A DNA stretch of 53,629 nucleotides, filler included, from Stramenopiles sp. TOSAG23-6 (Eukaryota), in NCBI GenBank assembly GCA_900128565.1. It is 2 parts of 2 records of this genome, joined end to end, with 100 filler letters (N's around TTAATTAATTAA, not from the genome) between each part and the next. Parts side by side here need not be neighbours in the genome. Positions count along the whole stretch, not along the records: positions 1 to 26,790 come from LT635984.1; positions 26,891 to 53,629 come from LT635985.1. One strand, given 5' to 3'. The translations under genes and the position numbers were made by a program. The notes under the pieces were generated by a model. It saw only the letters and a program-made list of their open reading frames with translations. It did no database searches and was not told the DNA's origin. Positions 22,835-33,862 of this stretch are shown here, in pieces; position 1 is the first letter of the stretch, and each line of letters begins with the position of its first letter.

Positions 22835-25717
22835 TTAATTGCAACCTTCTTTCAATGGCACTTCAACATTTAGGAAGGCACTTATGTAATCTAATGCTGC
22901 GTCTAACATTGCCGTTGTTTCTCGTATTGCAGCATCAGACGAAATTTTTAAATATACATTTGAATTTTCTAATTCGACATTTTTTATGGGAATTGTGTCG
23001 TTTACATACTTTTGTTGGTTCGTCCAATTACAAACTTCTTCGTTGTATATTCTCTCGCGCTTGAACTTTGACTGTGACGTACTGAAGAGATTAAAATATA
23101 ATAACATGTCCTTTTCGTTCTTTTTAACCTCTTCCTGTTTTTCGGCCAAACGGCTGCGTAATAGTTGAACATTCATTCGTGTTAGATTATCTTTTGACAA
23201 AGTAATTTCTTGCTTCCGTCTTTCATTGTTTATATATTCTAGGTAACATTTAATTTTTCGCTGTATTAGAAATGCACTTTTCTGCTCCAATTTTGTGGTT
23301 TTTATGTGTCGTATATAGTTCTTCATTATTTTCTGTATTACAAACGAACTAATATTCTTTAATACAGAAACTTTTTTTCGTCTAATACGATCCTTAATAG
23401 TTCGCTGTATTATGCAAGCACTCCTGTGAATTAATTTATCCTTTTTTTTATGCATAACATATTGCTGAATTAGTCGCTGTATCATATACGCACTGTTAAC
23501 CTCAATCATTCTCTTTTTTTTCTGTCGTAAGTAACGTTCAATTGTTCTTTGTATTATAAAAGAACTCCTCAATTTCAATTCAGTATGTCGCATCACTCTG
23601 ACATGATGCTGAATCATTCTTTGTATTTTTAAAGCGCTCGTGTGCTCCAACTGTTTTGTTTGTTTAACGTATTGCCGAATTACTCTTAGTATGATTATTC
23701 CAGCACTACGTTGCTTCAATTGGTCATTTTTTTTCTTTTGAATATAGTAACTAAGTTCTCGCTGTATGATTCGAGCACTGCAGTTCCATGTATTATGTAG
23801 AAATTTAGTCTGTTGCTCGTTCGTTACACAACTAAACCTGCTCTGGTCTTTTCTTTGCATTGCATCACCGCGTTCTTGTCTTGCCTTGTTTAAAAAAATC
23901 CAACGTCTTGCAATACTCTGGATTTTGCAGACCGTGGTATAATAGTTGGTGACGGAACTTTTGAATGAAATCTTTTTGTCTAAAGATACCTTATCCACAT
24001 GTTGATCTTTTCGTTGTGAAGTTTTTTTTATTGGTAAAAGTACTTGTACATGCAAGTTCCTGTTTTTTGTATAATCACGTTTAACTTGTCCATCAATATT
24101 TGTATATATTTTTTTTTGTGCTATCCGCCGGCGAACACAGCGTTGTATCCTAGATGCGAGTTTGTGTGTTGATTCTTCGGTAACTATCTTATTGGGTGAA
24201 TCAATCATTTGCGAAGGATAAACTTTTGGAATATGGATTGCTTGATGTTTTTGTTTCTGAAAGCTATTGTTAAAGCGATAAAAATTTCGCTGTATCAAAA
24301 CCGCAGCATCAACATACTTATCATAGGCGTGCCATGGGCAACCATTTGTTCTAAGTTTAAATTCAAAGGATGCTTCTTCAGATTCGGCTTCTGGAAGTTC
24401 ATTAATTCTTGTTTCTCCTTTAGAAGCAGCAAATGTTATCATCGGTAACAGTTTGTTTCCAATTGCTCTTCGTAAAGTTTCGTCAAGCTTTCGTGTTTGA
24501 TAAATATGCGATAATCGGATGTTTTTTCCTCTGTTTTTAAGAAGAGCTATACTCTGAGATGCTGCTTCGAATATTGCGATATTTTTGCATATCTTCTGGA
24601 GATCACTCATAGGTATAAACACCTCTGCTTTCGCTGTGAAATTTTCTAGCTGGTCTATTCTATTATTACGTGTCCCATATATGCGTATTCCCTCAGTAAC
24701 TGCATAATTCGTTTCTGCAATACTATAGTCAAAAAGCGATATCTCCCACGGTGAGCATGCCAAAGAACTTCCAATTTCAGATTGAATCTGGTAGGATCTC
24801 TTCAACATAAGGATCTCCTGTGGGTATACAGTGGTTTCATATGGACTTAATAATTGAGGTCCATGTGTCCGCTTCTTCAATTTTTCACTATTTATGGAAC
24901 GTTTTACCCGATAAGCTTTTGTGTATGCCAAATTCGGGAGTAACCTGATTTTATTAAGTGTCTTTCTTTTACAGCGTTTGACGAATTTAGACTTTCGGTT
25001 GTCATTCCTATAGTTAGCCGGGGGTTTTCTCTGCGACTTGGTATCATAAAAATTCCTTGTATTACACTTATGTTTCCTCCAATCTTTCCGGTACATTTTT
25101 AATTTCGTTGAACTTTTTGGCATTCTTTTTTTGTTCATCTTTGCATTTTTTTGCACCAAGATTTTGTTTTCGAAGTATTTTTTAGAGTTATTCTTAGAAC
25201 GTAGAGGAATTGAATCTTCTTCAAGGTCTCGGTTTTTTGCTGTAACAGTAAAATCGCTGATAAAATATCCAGTTTTTCCATTTGTTCTGATATTTTTAAA
25301 TTTTTGGTTTATTTTCTTCGTGGCCAAGGATGAAAGTATATTTCCAGAGGCTTTTTCTAATATCTGTATCATGCGACAATTCTCTTCCATAATGGCTGCG
25401 TTGCGTTTCTCCTTTAGTCTTTTTTTTTCTTTTGTGGTTAATGTTTCATTTTTGAAGTGGTATTTCTCAATCTCGATGTTTTTTTTCATTTGTCGCAGGT
25501 TTCGATGTGCTTCTCTATTCTTATTCAGTTCATCTTTATTACTTTTTTGTTCTCGTACTATGTTATCAATAGTAGGCAATGCTTGTTTGGATTGCTTCTG
25601 ATATTGATGTTGCAACTGTCGCTGCTTTGAACTTTTAGTTACTTTCGATGCAAATCCTTTTTGAAGCTGAAATCTTTTTGTGAACTTAGTAGTGTCCCTT
25701 TTTTTCAAATCGCCCAT
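22835..25717 (-). CDS. Basic protein with multiple IQ-like motifs
   Basis: 960-aa ORF with repeated SAxxIQRxxR segments. Confidence 0.75.
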   Translation of the reverse strand: MGDLKKRDTTKFTKRFQLQKGFASKVTKSSKQRQLQHQYQKQSKQALPTIDNIVREQKSNKDELNKNREAHRNLRQMKKNIEIEKYHFKNETLTTKEKKRLKEKRNAAIMEENCRMIQILEKASGNILSSLATKKINQKFKNIRTNGKTGYFISDFTVTAKNRDLEEDSIPLRSKNNSKKYFENKILVQKNAKMNKKRMPKSSTKLKMYRKDWRKHKCNTRNFYDTKSQRKPPANYRNDNRKSKFVKRCKRKTLNKIRLLPNLAYTKAYRVKRSINSEKLKKRTHGPQLLSPYETTVYPQEILMLKRSYQIQSEIGSSLACSPWEISLFDYSIAETNYAVTEGIRIYGTRNNRIDQLENFTAKAEVFIPMSDLQKICKNIAIFEAASQSIALLKNRGKNIRLSHIYQTRKLDETLRRAIGNKLLPMITFAASKGETRINELPEAESEEASFEFKLRTNGCPWHAYDKYVDAAVLIQRNFYRFNNSFQKQKHQAIHIPKVYPSQMIDSPNKIVTEESTHKLASRIQRCVRRRIAQKKIYTNIDGQVKRDYTKNRNLHVQVLLPIKKTSQRKDQHVDKVSLDKKISFKSSVTNYYTTVCKIQSIARRWIFLNKARQERGDAMQRKDQSRFSCVTNEQQTKFLHNTWNCSARIIQRELSYYIQKKKNDQLKQRSAGIIILRVIRQYVKQTKQLEHTSALKIQRMIQHHVRVMRHTELKLRSSFIIQRTIERYLRQKKKRMIEVNSAYMIQRLIQQYVMHKKKDKLIHRSACIIQRTIKDRIRRKKVSVLKNISSFVIQKIMKNYIRHIKTTKLEQKSAFLIQRKIKCYLEYINNERRKQEITLSKDNLTRMNVQLLRSRLAEKQEEVKKNEKDMLLYFNLFSTSQSKFKRERIYNEEVCNWTNQQKYVNDTIPIKNVELENSNVYLKISSDAAIRETTAMLDAALDYISAFLNVEVPLKEGCN

Positions 25718-26037
25718 ACCACAGAATATTTTTTTGTTTCAAGTGAGCATTATAGTTGGATTGTATATATTGTGGGAAGGAATCATAATTGAATGATGTC
25801 TGGTATAAGGTACTGTAGGTACCGACCAAGGACATTGATCGTATATTCTTTATTTAACGTAAAAAAATAATCGGAAAAATAAACAACGAATAAAATGACA
25901 CGTGGCAAGCCAAATTTGAAATTTCAGTAGCTATTTTCGTTCGGTGGTTGTTTAGCAGATTCTCTGATATATACGTAGATAGAATCATCTATCGTTGTTG
26001 GTAGTTGTTGAATTACATTTTCTTTCAGTTTGATACA

Positions 26038-26790
26038 ATGGCAGATATAGATGACGAGGATTTATCTCGTTGTATCGAAGACGCATTTCAGCCAGATATA
26101 TCACTGAAAAAGCTTCGTAGAATCCTCGAGAAAAAGCTTCACCTTGAAAAGAATTCTCTCAGGTCTGAGAAGGACCGTATTAAAAGCATTGTCCTTGCTA
26201 TAGTGGACCGCAAGCGAAGGGAAGAAGAAGCTTCGGCCAAGTCTGAAGCTGAGTCTGAGGGTGAAATGGAAGGCAAGAAGGAGGTTTCATCGAAGAAGAC
26301 CACAAAAAAAAAGAAAAAGAAAGGTCCTAAGCGAGCTTTATCTGCGTATGTGTATTTTACTACACATCACCGCGCATCAATGAAAGCGTCTAATCCTGAA
26401 GCGACTAATCCGGAGTTGATGAAACTTCTNGCTGCTAAATGGAAGAATGCTACGACTGAAGAAAAGCAATTTGCAATAGAACTACATGATGAAGATGTTA
26501 TTCGAGCTGATAAAGAAAAGGCTGAATGGGTAGACTCCGATCCCGATAGTGGTGAAGAAGAACAAGTAAAAAAGAAAAAGAAAGGTCCTAAGCGAGCTGT
26601 GTCAGCATATGTGTATTTTACCACGCATCACCGCGCATCAATGAAAGCATCTAATCCTGAAGCGACTAATCCGGAGTTGATGAAACTTCTTGCTGCTAAA
26701 TGGAAGAATGCTACGACTGAAGAAAAGCAATTTGCAATAGAACTACATGATGAAGATGTTATTCGAGCTGATAAAGAAAAGGCTGAATGG
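26038..26790 (+). CDS. HMG-box protein with DEK-C-like N-terminus (truncated by gap)
   Basis: Two near-identical HMG boxes (GPKRAxSAYVYF...LMKLLAAKWK), 261-bp period. Confidence 0.85.
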
Positions 26791-26890
26791 NNNNNNNNNN
26801 NNNNNNNNNNNNNNNNNNNNNNNNNNNNNNNNNNTTAATTAATTAANNNNNNNNNNNNNNNNNNNNNNNNNNNNNNNNNNNNNNNNNNNN
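26791..26890. other. Artificial contig-join linker
   Basis: N-run + TTAATTAATTAA (stops in all six frames) + N-run. Confidence 0.97.
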
Positions 26891-29241
26891 TGTTTTTTTT
26901 GTTTTTTTTGTTTTTTTTGTTTTTTTTGTTTTTTTTGTTTTTTTTGTTTTTGGTGGTAATTGTCTTGGATCAAAAAGAGTCGATACAGAAGAAGCACTAG
27001 AAATCCAGGCATCAATATATTTTCTTCGTACAACAACTTCCCATGATTCATTATCAAAAATACTCAGTAGGGGAGGAAGTTTGTATTTTTTCAAAAATTT
27101 CAATAATTTGTGAATAAATTTTTGAAATGTATTTGTCGATAACCCTAACCCTAGTATATTTGATTCATCGGATGGCTCATATATTTGTAAAACAATATCC
27201 TGCGTTTGACCCCAAATTTCACATTCCATACTTTTTCCTTCATATTGATTTTGTATCACTATTTTATCAACAATTCCAAAATTTATACGATCAAATACTT
27301 GCATTGGTGTATCATCGCCATCATACCAATGACCTGTAATAAATATCTCTTTTTTACTAATATTTAATGCAAGAAATTCAGCCATATTATAGCCATCCTT
27401 TTCATGCGGATGATAACATGTATTGTGAAAAAATATTTCTTTTGTCTAAAAGCATCATTGCGTTGTTTGTTAGGTACAAAATTTTCTAATACAAAAAAAT
27501 ACAAATTTCAAATTTCAATGTTTTTTAACCCTTAAAAAAATGAATGGGGAGTGAAATTTGAAAAGCGATTCCAACTGTAGGTGAAACGGGTAAAACGTTC
27601 GATGATTGGGAAATATTATTTCTGGATAATGACGATGTTGTGTAGTATACCACCAACTATATGTCATCAAAGGAACAGATAAAACAGAAACATCAACACG
27701 AAATCCTTCACATTCTTGTACGTATTTTGTTGCATTGTGTACAATATCTTCCATTGATAAAAAAANACTTTTAGGTGGTAAATTTTCAAGTATATTTCTC
27801 CCATATTCTGCAATATACTTTTGATTCGAAAAATCCCTCGATTTATAATTTATAATACACTGATACACAACGAGAGATACTGCAATAAGTAATGGACAAT
27901 AATAAATATTCCCAAATTTGAAAAGTTTACTTTGTTTTGATGATACCAAAGTGTAATCAAAAACATGTTGAGTGACATTAAAAAATCCAACACCTGAGAA
28001 ATAAAAAACAACAATATTACACTGTTGCCAAAATCTTTTGTATACACCTTGTAATAATGGATTTTCAGTATCCATATTTGCTAAATAACTCATAACAAAT
28101 AAGTACAGAAGAGTCGATATACAAAGTATAACTCCACTTTTCTTTTTTTTACATGTACAAAATGTACCAATGATAGCCAATACTATTGAAATTATTCCAC
28201 TTTCTTTTGAATGAAGAGTATAAAAATAGTCACGAAGTCGCAACCACACATATATATTATCATCTATATCTCCATTTGTATCAGTTAATTGAAATGTACC
28301 ATACTCCATGCGTAAAAAATGTGTCAAAAATCCTGAAAGAGTTGTTTGGTCACCCCAACCATCTTTTCGTTTTAAATTAGAAGCATACACTAAATATAGA
28401 TATGGGAGAAACCCACAGAAAGAACTTACTGTTAGCCATAGAACATGTATTGTAAAAAAAAAAAATCGAAATTTGTTAGGTACAAAATTTCGTACGAAAA
28501 AAAAAACAATTGAAATTCATAATGAAAACGTACAATACGTATCTTTGAACGAGTAGGGTTAGGGATTGAAAATAGACAGTACAAAACCCAAATTGCTATA
28601 GGTATAACAAGAAAAATTATGGTATGCTGATTTGATAATCCTAAACCACACAGCAGTGCACCAATGCAAGCATCACTCAGTAATGTAGTTGAGTTAATGT
28701 TCATTCGCTTTTTTTCATTTGTATTTTTTTGTTGTAGTAGAAAAAAACTAAAGTGACTTTCAAAAGAAAGAAACTGAAGTAAAATAAAAACAACAAACAA
28801 ATTATTCAAAGCAAAAACTTCACCCTGAACAGCATATAACCAAATTGTAGGAGAAAATGCGAATATACCAGCAGCATATATACCACTTGCAATACAAAAT
28901 AAAAATGTTTTCTTTTTCAAATGGACCAAAGCAGGATCAGAAACGCTACTAAAAGTATAAAACATTGAAATGAAAAGTCCTCCGGCAGCAAGAGAGTCAC
29001 ACAAAGCCGAAAACATATTTATTCTAAAAGCAGGACTTCCACCAAGCAAAGGTAAGCGATAAAACATAGCCGCAAGTATCGTCCAAAGCGGATAACCAGG
29101 AGGATGTGCTGACCCGAGATTACACGCTGCTGTCATCAACTCTCCACTATCACCACCAGGAACACTTGAATATATAGTATTCAAATAGATTTTGAAAACT
29201 ATTGCTATAAAACATAGTGCAATACTAAGCACTTTAATCAT
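26891..29241 (-). CDS. TMEM260: TMEM260/DUF2723 protein O-mannosyltransferase-like, 3 exons (29241-28534, 28444-27601, 27417-gap)
   Basis: GGDSGEL, AHPPGYPL, GEVFALNN, NQHT, WGDQ...HFLRMEYGTF, RFWQQ. Confidence 0.92.
27418..27600 (-). mobile_element. Introner-like intron, GA...AT
   Basis: catc|GAACGTTTT...TTTTGTACCTAAC...CACAATACAT|gttat; gives FPNHRYHP in frame. Confidence 0.75.
28445..28533 (-). mobile_element. Introner-like intron, GT...AT
   Basis: att|GTACGTTTT...TACAATACAT|gtt; in frame. Confidence 0.88.
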
Positions 29242-29622
29242 TTGTATAGATTTGACTTTTCCTCCGTTTAAATAAATGTGGAAAGTTTTTAATTTATATA
29301 CACAGTTCCAGGGTCGATATGATTCTTTAATAAAAGTCGATCTGACTGATCGTGATGATCGCGGTCAATCGAAAAACTCATTCAAAAAGACCGTTACGGT
29401 ATTTTTAGGTTCATCCTTCTATTCCGTCTACCTAATATATAGCTATATATAGTGTATCTACTTACATTTAGCTTGCAATATTACCTATAACTATTGCGTA
29501 AATTAGTTTGCTTAGTACCTCAGATGTACTAGCTATATTCAAAGTGAAGAGAACTTTGGTCATTATCACGAGATACAACAACGAAAAAATATACAACCAA
29601 TGATATCTAGGAAGTAGCAAAA

Positions 29623-30966
29623 ATGGCAGATGACGTGGGACTTGATGTTGCTGTTAAACAGCAGCAAGGTATTAGAAAGTATTTCGGTAAACGTAAATAT
29701 GCTAAACCGTCACACACGAAAGATAGAAACAAAAGAATTGAAGAGAAACATAAAAAACTCGTAAATTTCTTGAAAACAGATGAAGAAACTAAATACAGTG
29801 ATACATTGACCTCTCCATCAGGAAGAGAATTACATAATACATTAACGTCTCCATCAGGTAGAGAATTACATAATACATTAACTTCTCCATCAGGTAGAGA
29901 ATTACATAGTACATTAACGTCTCCATCAGGTAGAGAATTACATAATACATTAACGTCTCCATCAGGTATGGGGGAGTACAACAAAAGTGACCTAAATAAA
30001 GAAAATTCAGTGAGTGCCCCTGATAGCAATAACTCAAGATATTCGTTACGTAAAAGAAAAAAATCACTATCATATTTTGGAACTTTATTAAAAGCTAGTA
30101 TGCAAAGACTTTCTTGGAAACGCAACAAAATAGCAAAGAGAAACGATATTTGTTCTTCAAGTATAGAAAGCAATGATTCCAAAATGAATACATTAAAAAT
30201 TGACTCTAGTGAAGATATACCTGAAGATGATAGCTATTACACAAGTTATACTGACTCAGATACTGATGTAGTGATTGTTGCGCCACCGCCACCGCCACCA
30301 CCGCCACCAATAATACAATCGCCACCACCGCCACCAATAATACAATCTGACACTGATTTCATTAATAATGATTGGGAATCTCTAGCAATGATTTCTCCTC
30401 CAGAACCTCATAGAAAATATCCTCAGAGTCCTCACAATTTTAATAATTGGATTCCATGTTGGACAATAGACGATGAAAAATTTTATTATAATTCTATAAA
30501 TGGTGAAACAAAGTGGGGGGTGGTAGATGATGTAAGTAATTATGGTGAATATAATGACAATAAAGATGATGCTTACTATAATAAAGATATAACACAGTAT
30601 GAAGAATATAATGACAATAAAGATGATGCTTACTATAATAATAAAGATATAACTCAGTATGATGAATATAATGACAATAAAGATGATGCTTACTATAATA
30701 AAGATATAACAAAGTATGATGAATATAATGACAATAAAGATGATGCTTACTATAATGAAGGTATAACACAGTATGATGAATATAATGACAATACAGATGA
30801 TGTTTACTATAATGAAGGTATAACAAAGTATGATGAATATAATGACAATACAGATGATGCTTACTATAATAAAGGTATAACACAGTATGCTGATAATAAG
30901 GAAATAGTTGCCCAAACAAAACGAAATATACAAACATGGGATATATCAGAAAAATCATTTCAGTAG
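29623..30966 (+). CDS. WW-domain, proline-rich, repeat-rich protein
   Basis: W...FYYNSINGETKW, a poly-Pro tract, 36-bp (TLTSPSGRELHN) and 57-60-bp (YDEYNDNKDDAYYNKDITQ) repeats. Confidence 0.75.
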   Translation: MADDVGLDVAVKQQQGIRKYFGKRKYAKPSHTKDRNKRIEEKHKKLVNFLKTDEETKYSDTLTSPSGRELHNTLTSPSGRELHNTLTSPSGRELHSTLTSPSGRELHNTLTSPSGMGEYNKSDLNKENSVSAPDSNNSRYSLRKRKKSLSYFGTLLKASMQRLSWKRNKIAKRNDICSSSIESNDSKMNTLKIDSSEDIPEDDSYYTSYTDSDTDVVIVAPPPPPPPPPIIQSPPPPPIIQSDTDFINNDWESLAMISPPEPHRKYPQSPHNFNNWIPCWTIDDEKFYYNSINGETKWGVVDDVSNYGEYNDNKDDAYYNKDITQYEEYNDNKDDAYYNNKDITQYDEYNDNKDDAYYNKDITKYDEYNDNKDDAYYNEGITQYDEYNDNTDDVYYNEGITKYDEYNDNTDDAYYNKGITQYADNKEIVAQTKRNIQTWDISEKSFQ

Positions 30967-31053
30967 TCATTTGTTTTTAAATATAATAAATTATTCAAAT
31001 CGTTTTCTACAGAACAAGTACCTTTATTATATATTCCAGATAAAATTCAATAA

Positions 31054-33145
31054 TTAATTAAAAGAGTCAGTGCGTAAATGATAACTAGTTGCACGAGCAA
31101 ACATTGGAAAATTTTCAAAATCACAACTTTTGCTTGATTCAACAGATTCTCTCCGACTATTACCCACAGAAATAGACTGATGACTCTTTCCATAATTTGT
31201 ATTATTATTACTATGTACAGCAGTATATTCATTATTAATACCCTCAATATTCGTATCGACAGCATTCGCATCATTTGCTTGGATTCTTTCCAAGGCTTTT
31301 TCTGAAAGTTCCGTCCAATCACTACGCAACATTATAACTGTACAAAGAATAGACGATAGTGTCAACCCAACAGCAACTCCACACCAGAGACCACCAATGC
31401 CAAGATCAAACACTTTCCAAAAAGCTAATAAAATACCTAAAGGAATCCCAAGGATCCAATACACACAAAACATGTATTGTGAAAAATAGTTTTTTTTAGT
31501 TAAAATATCGTTAGGTACGGCATGTACTGAGAAAATAAAATGTAGGTAAAAATTAATTTTGAAACGTACATTACTTTTGCAGCTATTGTTTGTTTTCCAA
31601 TGGCTCTTAACTGACCTTGTGCAACACCATTTACTGTATCCACTATTTGATACAATGCTAACACAATCAACCATTTCTCGGTATCTCTAATATATTTCTC
31701 TGTAGGATGAGAGAGAAAAAGAAGTGGAATATTGTGTCTAAGTAGGAACATTCCTAAACAAATTAAGAGACCCATCACAGAAGCAGCAAATAATGATGCT
31801 TTTGAAGCAGATTCTGCGTTTCTTATTTTGCCTTCACCCAAATCATTTCCAATGACAATAGAACAACCAGTGCTCAACGGTAGAGTAAATGCCACGTATG
31901 TAAATGCTGTACTATTCATTAAAGCAGCATTCACTGCGAGAGCAGTGGTTGGATCAGGTAACATTGCAGCTAAAAGATTCAATAACTCAAAAGCCCATGT
32001 ATTGTGAAAAAATATTTTTTTTTTAGGTTTTAAAAAAATTCGTTAGGTACAAAATTTTGTACGAAACAAAATGTAGGTAAACAATTCAATTTTGAAAACA
32101 TACACCATTCTAAACCTATACTCAAAATTGCAGGACAGCCATATTGGAGTATTTGATATAAACCTGACAAATTCATAATTTCCACCCATATAGATCGTCG
32201 TGGTATACATGGTTTATGAAGATCATAATAAGTTATATACAATATAGAAAGAATGACACGTAATATAGATGTAATTGACTGAACAACTGCACACCACTCA
32301 AATCCAAGGTTACTCCCCCAATTCCCTAATATTGAATCCAACGAACCATTCAATAATACAAGTGTGAGTCCAATATTAAAAACTAAAGAAAACATCGCTA
32401 TCCACATAAAAGGTTTTACTACACTACGAGCTGACATTGTCTTTCTAATGAGTTCATATAATATAGTGAACGGTACACCAACTAAAAGACAACGGCAATA
32501 TTTTCCAGCTAAATGGCTTATATGAGCAGGTACGTGAACAAATAAAAGTACATTACCTGAGAAATATCCAAATATAGTTGTTGGAATCATAAGAAGGGAC
32601 GCTACCAATGAAGCCCTCAAAAAATATACACCAAGCAAGTCAAAGCGATTTGCCCCTGCTGCTTGAGTACTTAGTGTATCCAGGGCAGCTATTAGACCAA
32701 GTAGTAATGATACGCCAAACACATTATTAAACATTGTACCTAGAGAAGCAGCTGCAACAAAATCTTTGCCTTGATATTGACCCACCATGGCTACACCTGC
32801 AACATTTGGAAGAAACTCAAACACAGATGTCATCATTATTGGGAAGTACAAAACTGCTATACGTTTTAGTTGCACTTTCCAACGTGTATCACCCTCATCA
32901 GCACCACCAATTTCATTATAATGTAAAGTATGTTGAATGCTAGAATCGTCTGATAAACTAGGTAATCTATGCGAATGTCGAATGCTAGAAACACCAGCTA
33001 AAGTGGGTGGTCTTGGTATTAAGGGTGAGTCTGGAATTCTTGACCTATGTAATTGGTTTGATCCCCTTCGATTTCTAGAAGAGTGAGGACTTAACTGCTT
33101 CATCATTGGACCTAATACTTCCCCTGATACAGTCCAAGACGCCAT
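31054..33145 (-). CDS. MATE family efflux transporter, 3 exons (33145-32104, 31996-31570, 31471-31054), about 628 aa
   Basis: ALDTLSTQAAGA, LEWWAFE after splicing, IGNDLGEG, QGQLRAIGKQ, GIGGLWCG. Confidence 0.93.
31472..31569 (-). mobile_element. Introner-like intron, GT...AT
   Basis: aat|GTACGTTT...GTACCTAAC...CACAATACAT|gtt. Confidence 0.88.
31997..32103 (-). mobile_element. Introner-like intron, GT...AT
   Basis: tggt|GTATGTTTT...CACAATACAT|gggct; restores LEWWAFE. Confidence 0.92.
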
Positions 33146-33862
33146 CTTCAATTCTACCAAAGTTTAATGCACAATAATATGAATTCTTTGAAAAGTCTAT
33201 CTCTGTTAATACTGTCAGCGAAGCTTCTCGGCACAGTCGGTAGTTGTTGGAGTTGTTGGTAGCAATTTTGTCACGAGACGAGTGTAGTTAATTGGTACGA
33301 ACTACGAACCAGTCAAAAATGTCGAGTCAGCTCACAAAAAATTTCACAAACCTGCTTCGCTTTACCTTATATAGAGAGAGTTTCATTCAAATTTCAAAGA
33401 TACGTTTTTAAAATTTTGTTGTTCTTTTTGTTCTTGATTTAACTAACGCAAGAAGGAGCGTATTATAAAAATCAACTGATATTCTTCCCCAGCAGGTAAG
33501 TAGACCACACACACAATTACTACTATTTCCCATATCCAACACTTTAAATGCAATTTGAAGTATCGTTTCTGATAACACGAAAGTTCTAATTGAAAGTCCA
33601 AATGGACAAACTTTAGACTGGACGTTGAAATGCAAAACTAGTACTGGAGACATTCAAAATGAGATTTTACAATGAATCTATTAAATTATGACTTATATGC
33701 ATTTTTGATTCTGACTTGAAGTTTAACAAAAGAACTATAAATTTCAAGCAAGAATGTCGGTCTATTATCGTGTTTATTACACAATGAGTATTCCAATAGA
33801 ACAAGTTTCATTTCACTTACACATTGAACTATCTATATATATATATATCTACTCAACTAGCG

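Noticed and set aside
26791-26890. Palindromic TTAATTAATTAA within N runs
   Set aside because: Synthetic six-frame-stop contig linker; adjacency across it is not biological.
30382-30970. Antisense ORFs over repeats (also 18-710, 12362-12823, 25131-25601)
   Set aside because: Shadow frames of low-complexity coding DNA on the other strand.
31990-32110. Alternative genetic code (TGA=Trp) or stop readthrough
   Set aside because: Long ORFs translate with the standard code and TGA ends genes (for example 9618, 22679); intron removal explains the breaks.
33570-33675. Ubiquitin-like fragment (TKVLIESPNGQTLDWTLKCK...)
   Set aside because: Short, no clear start and only a faint resemblance; not supportable.
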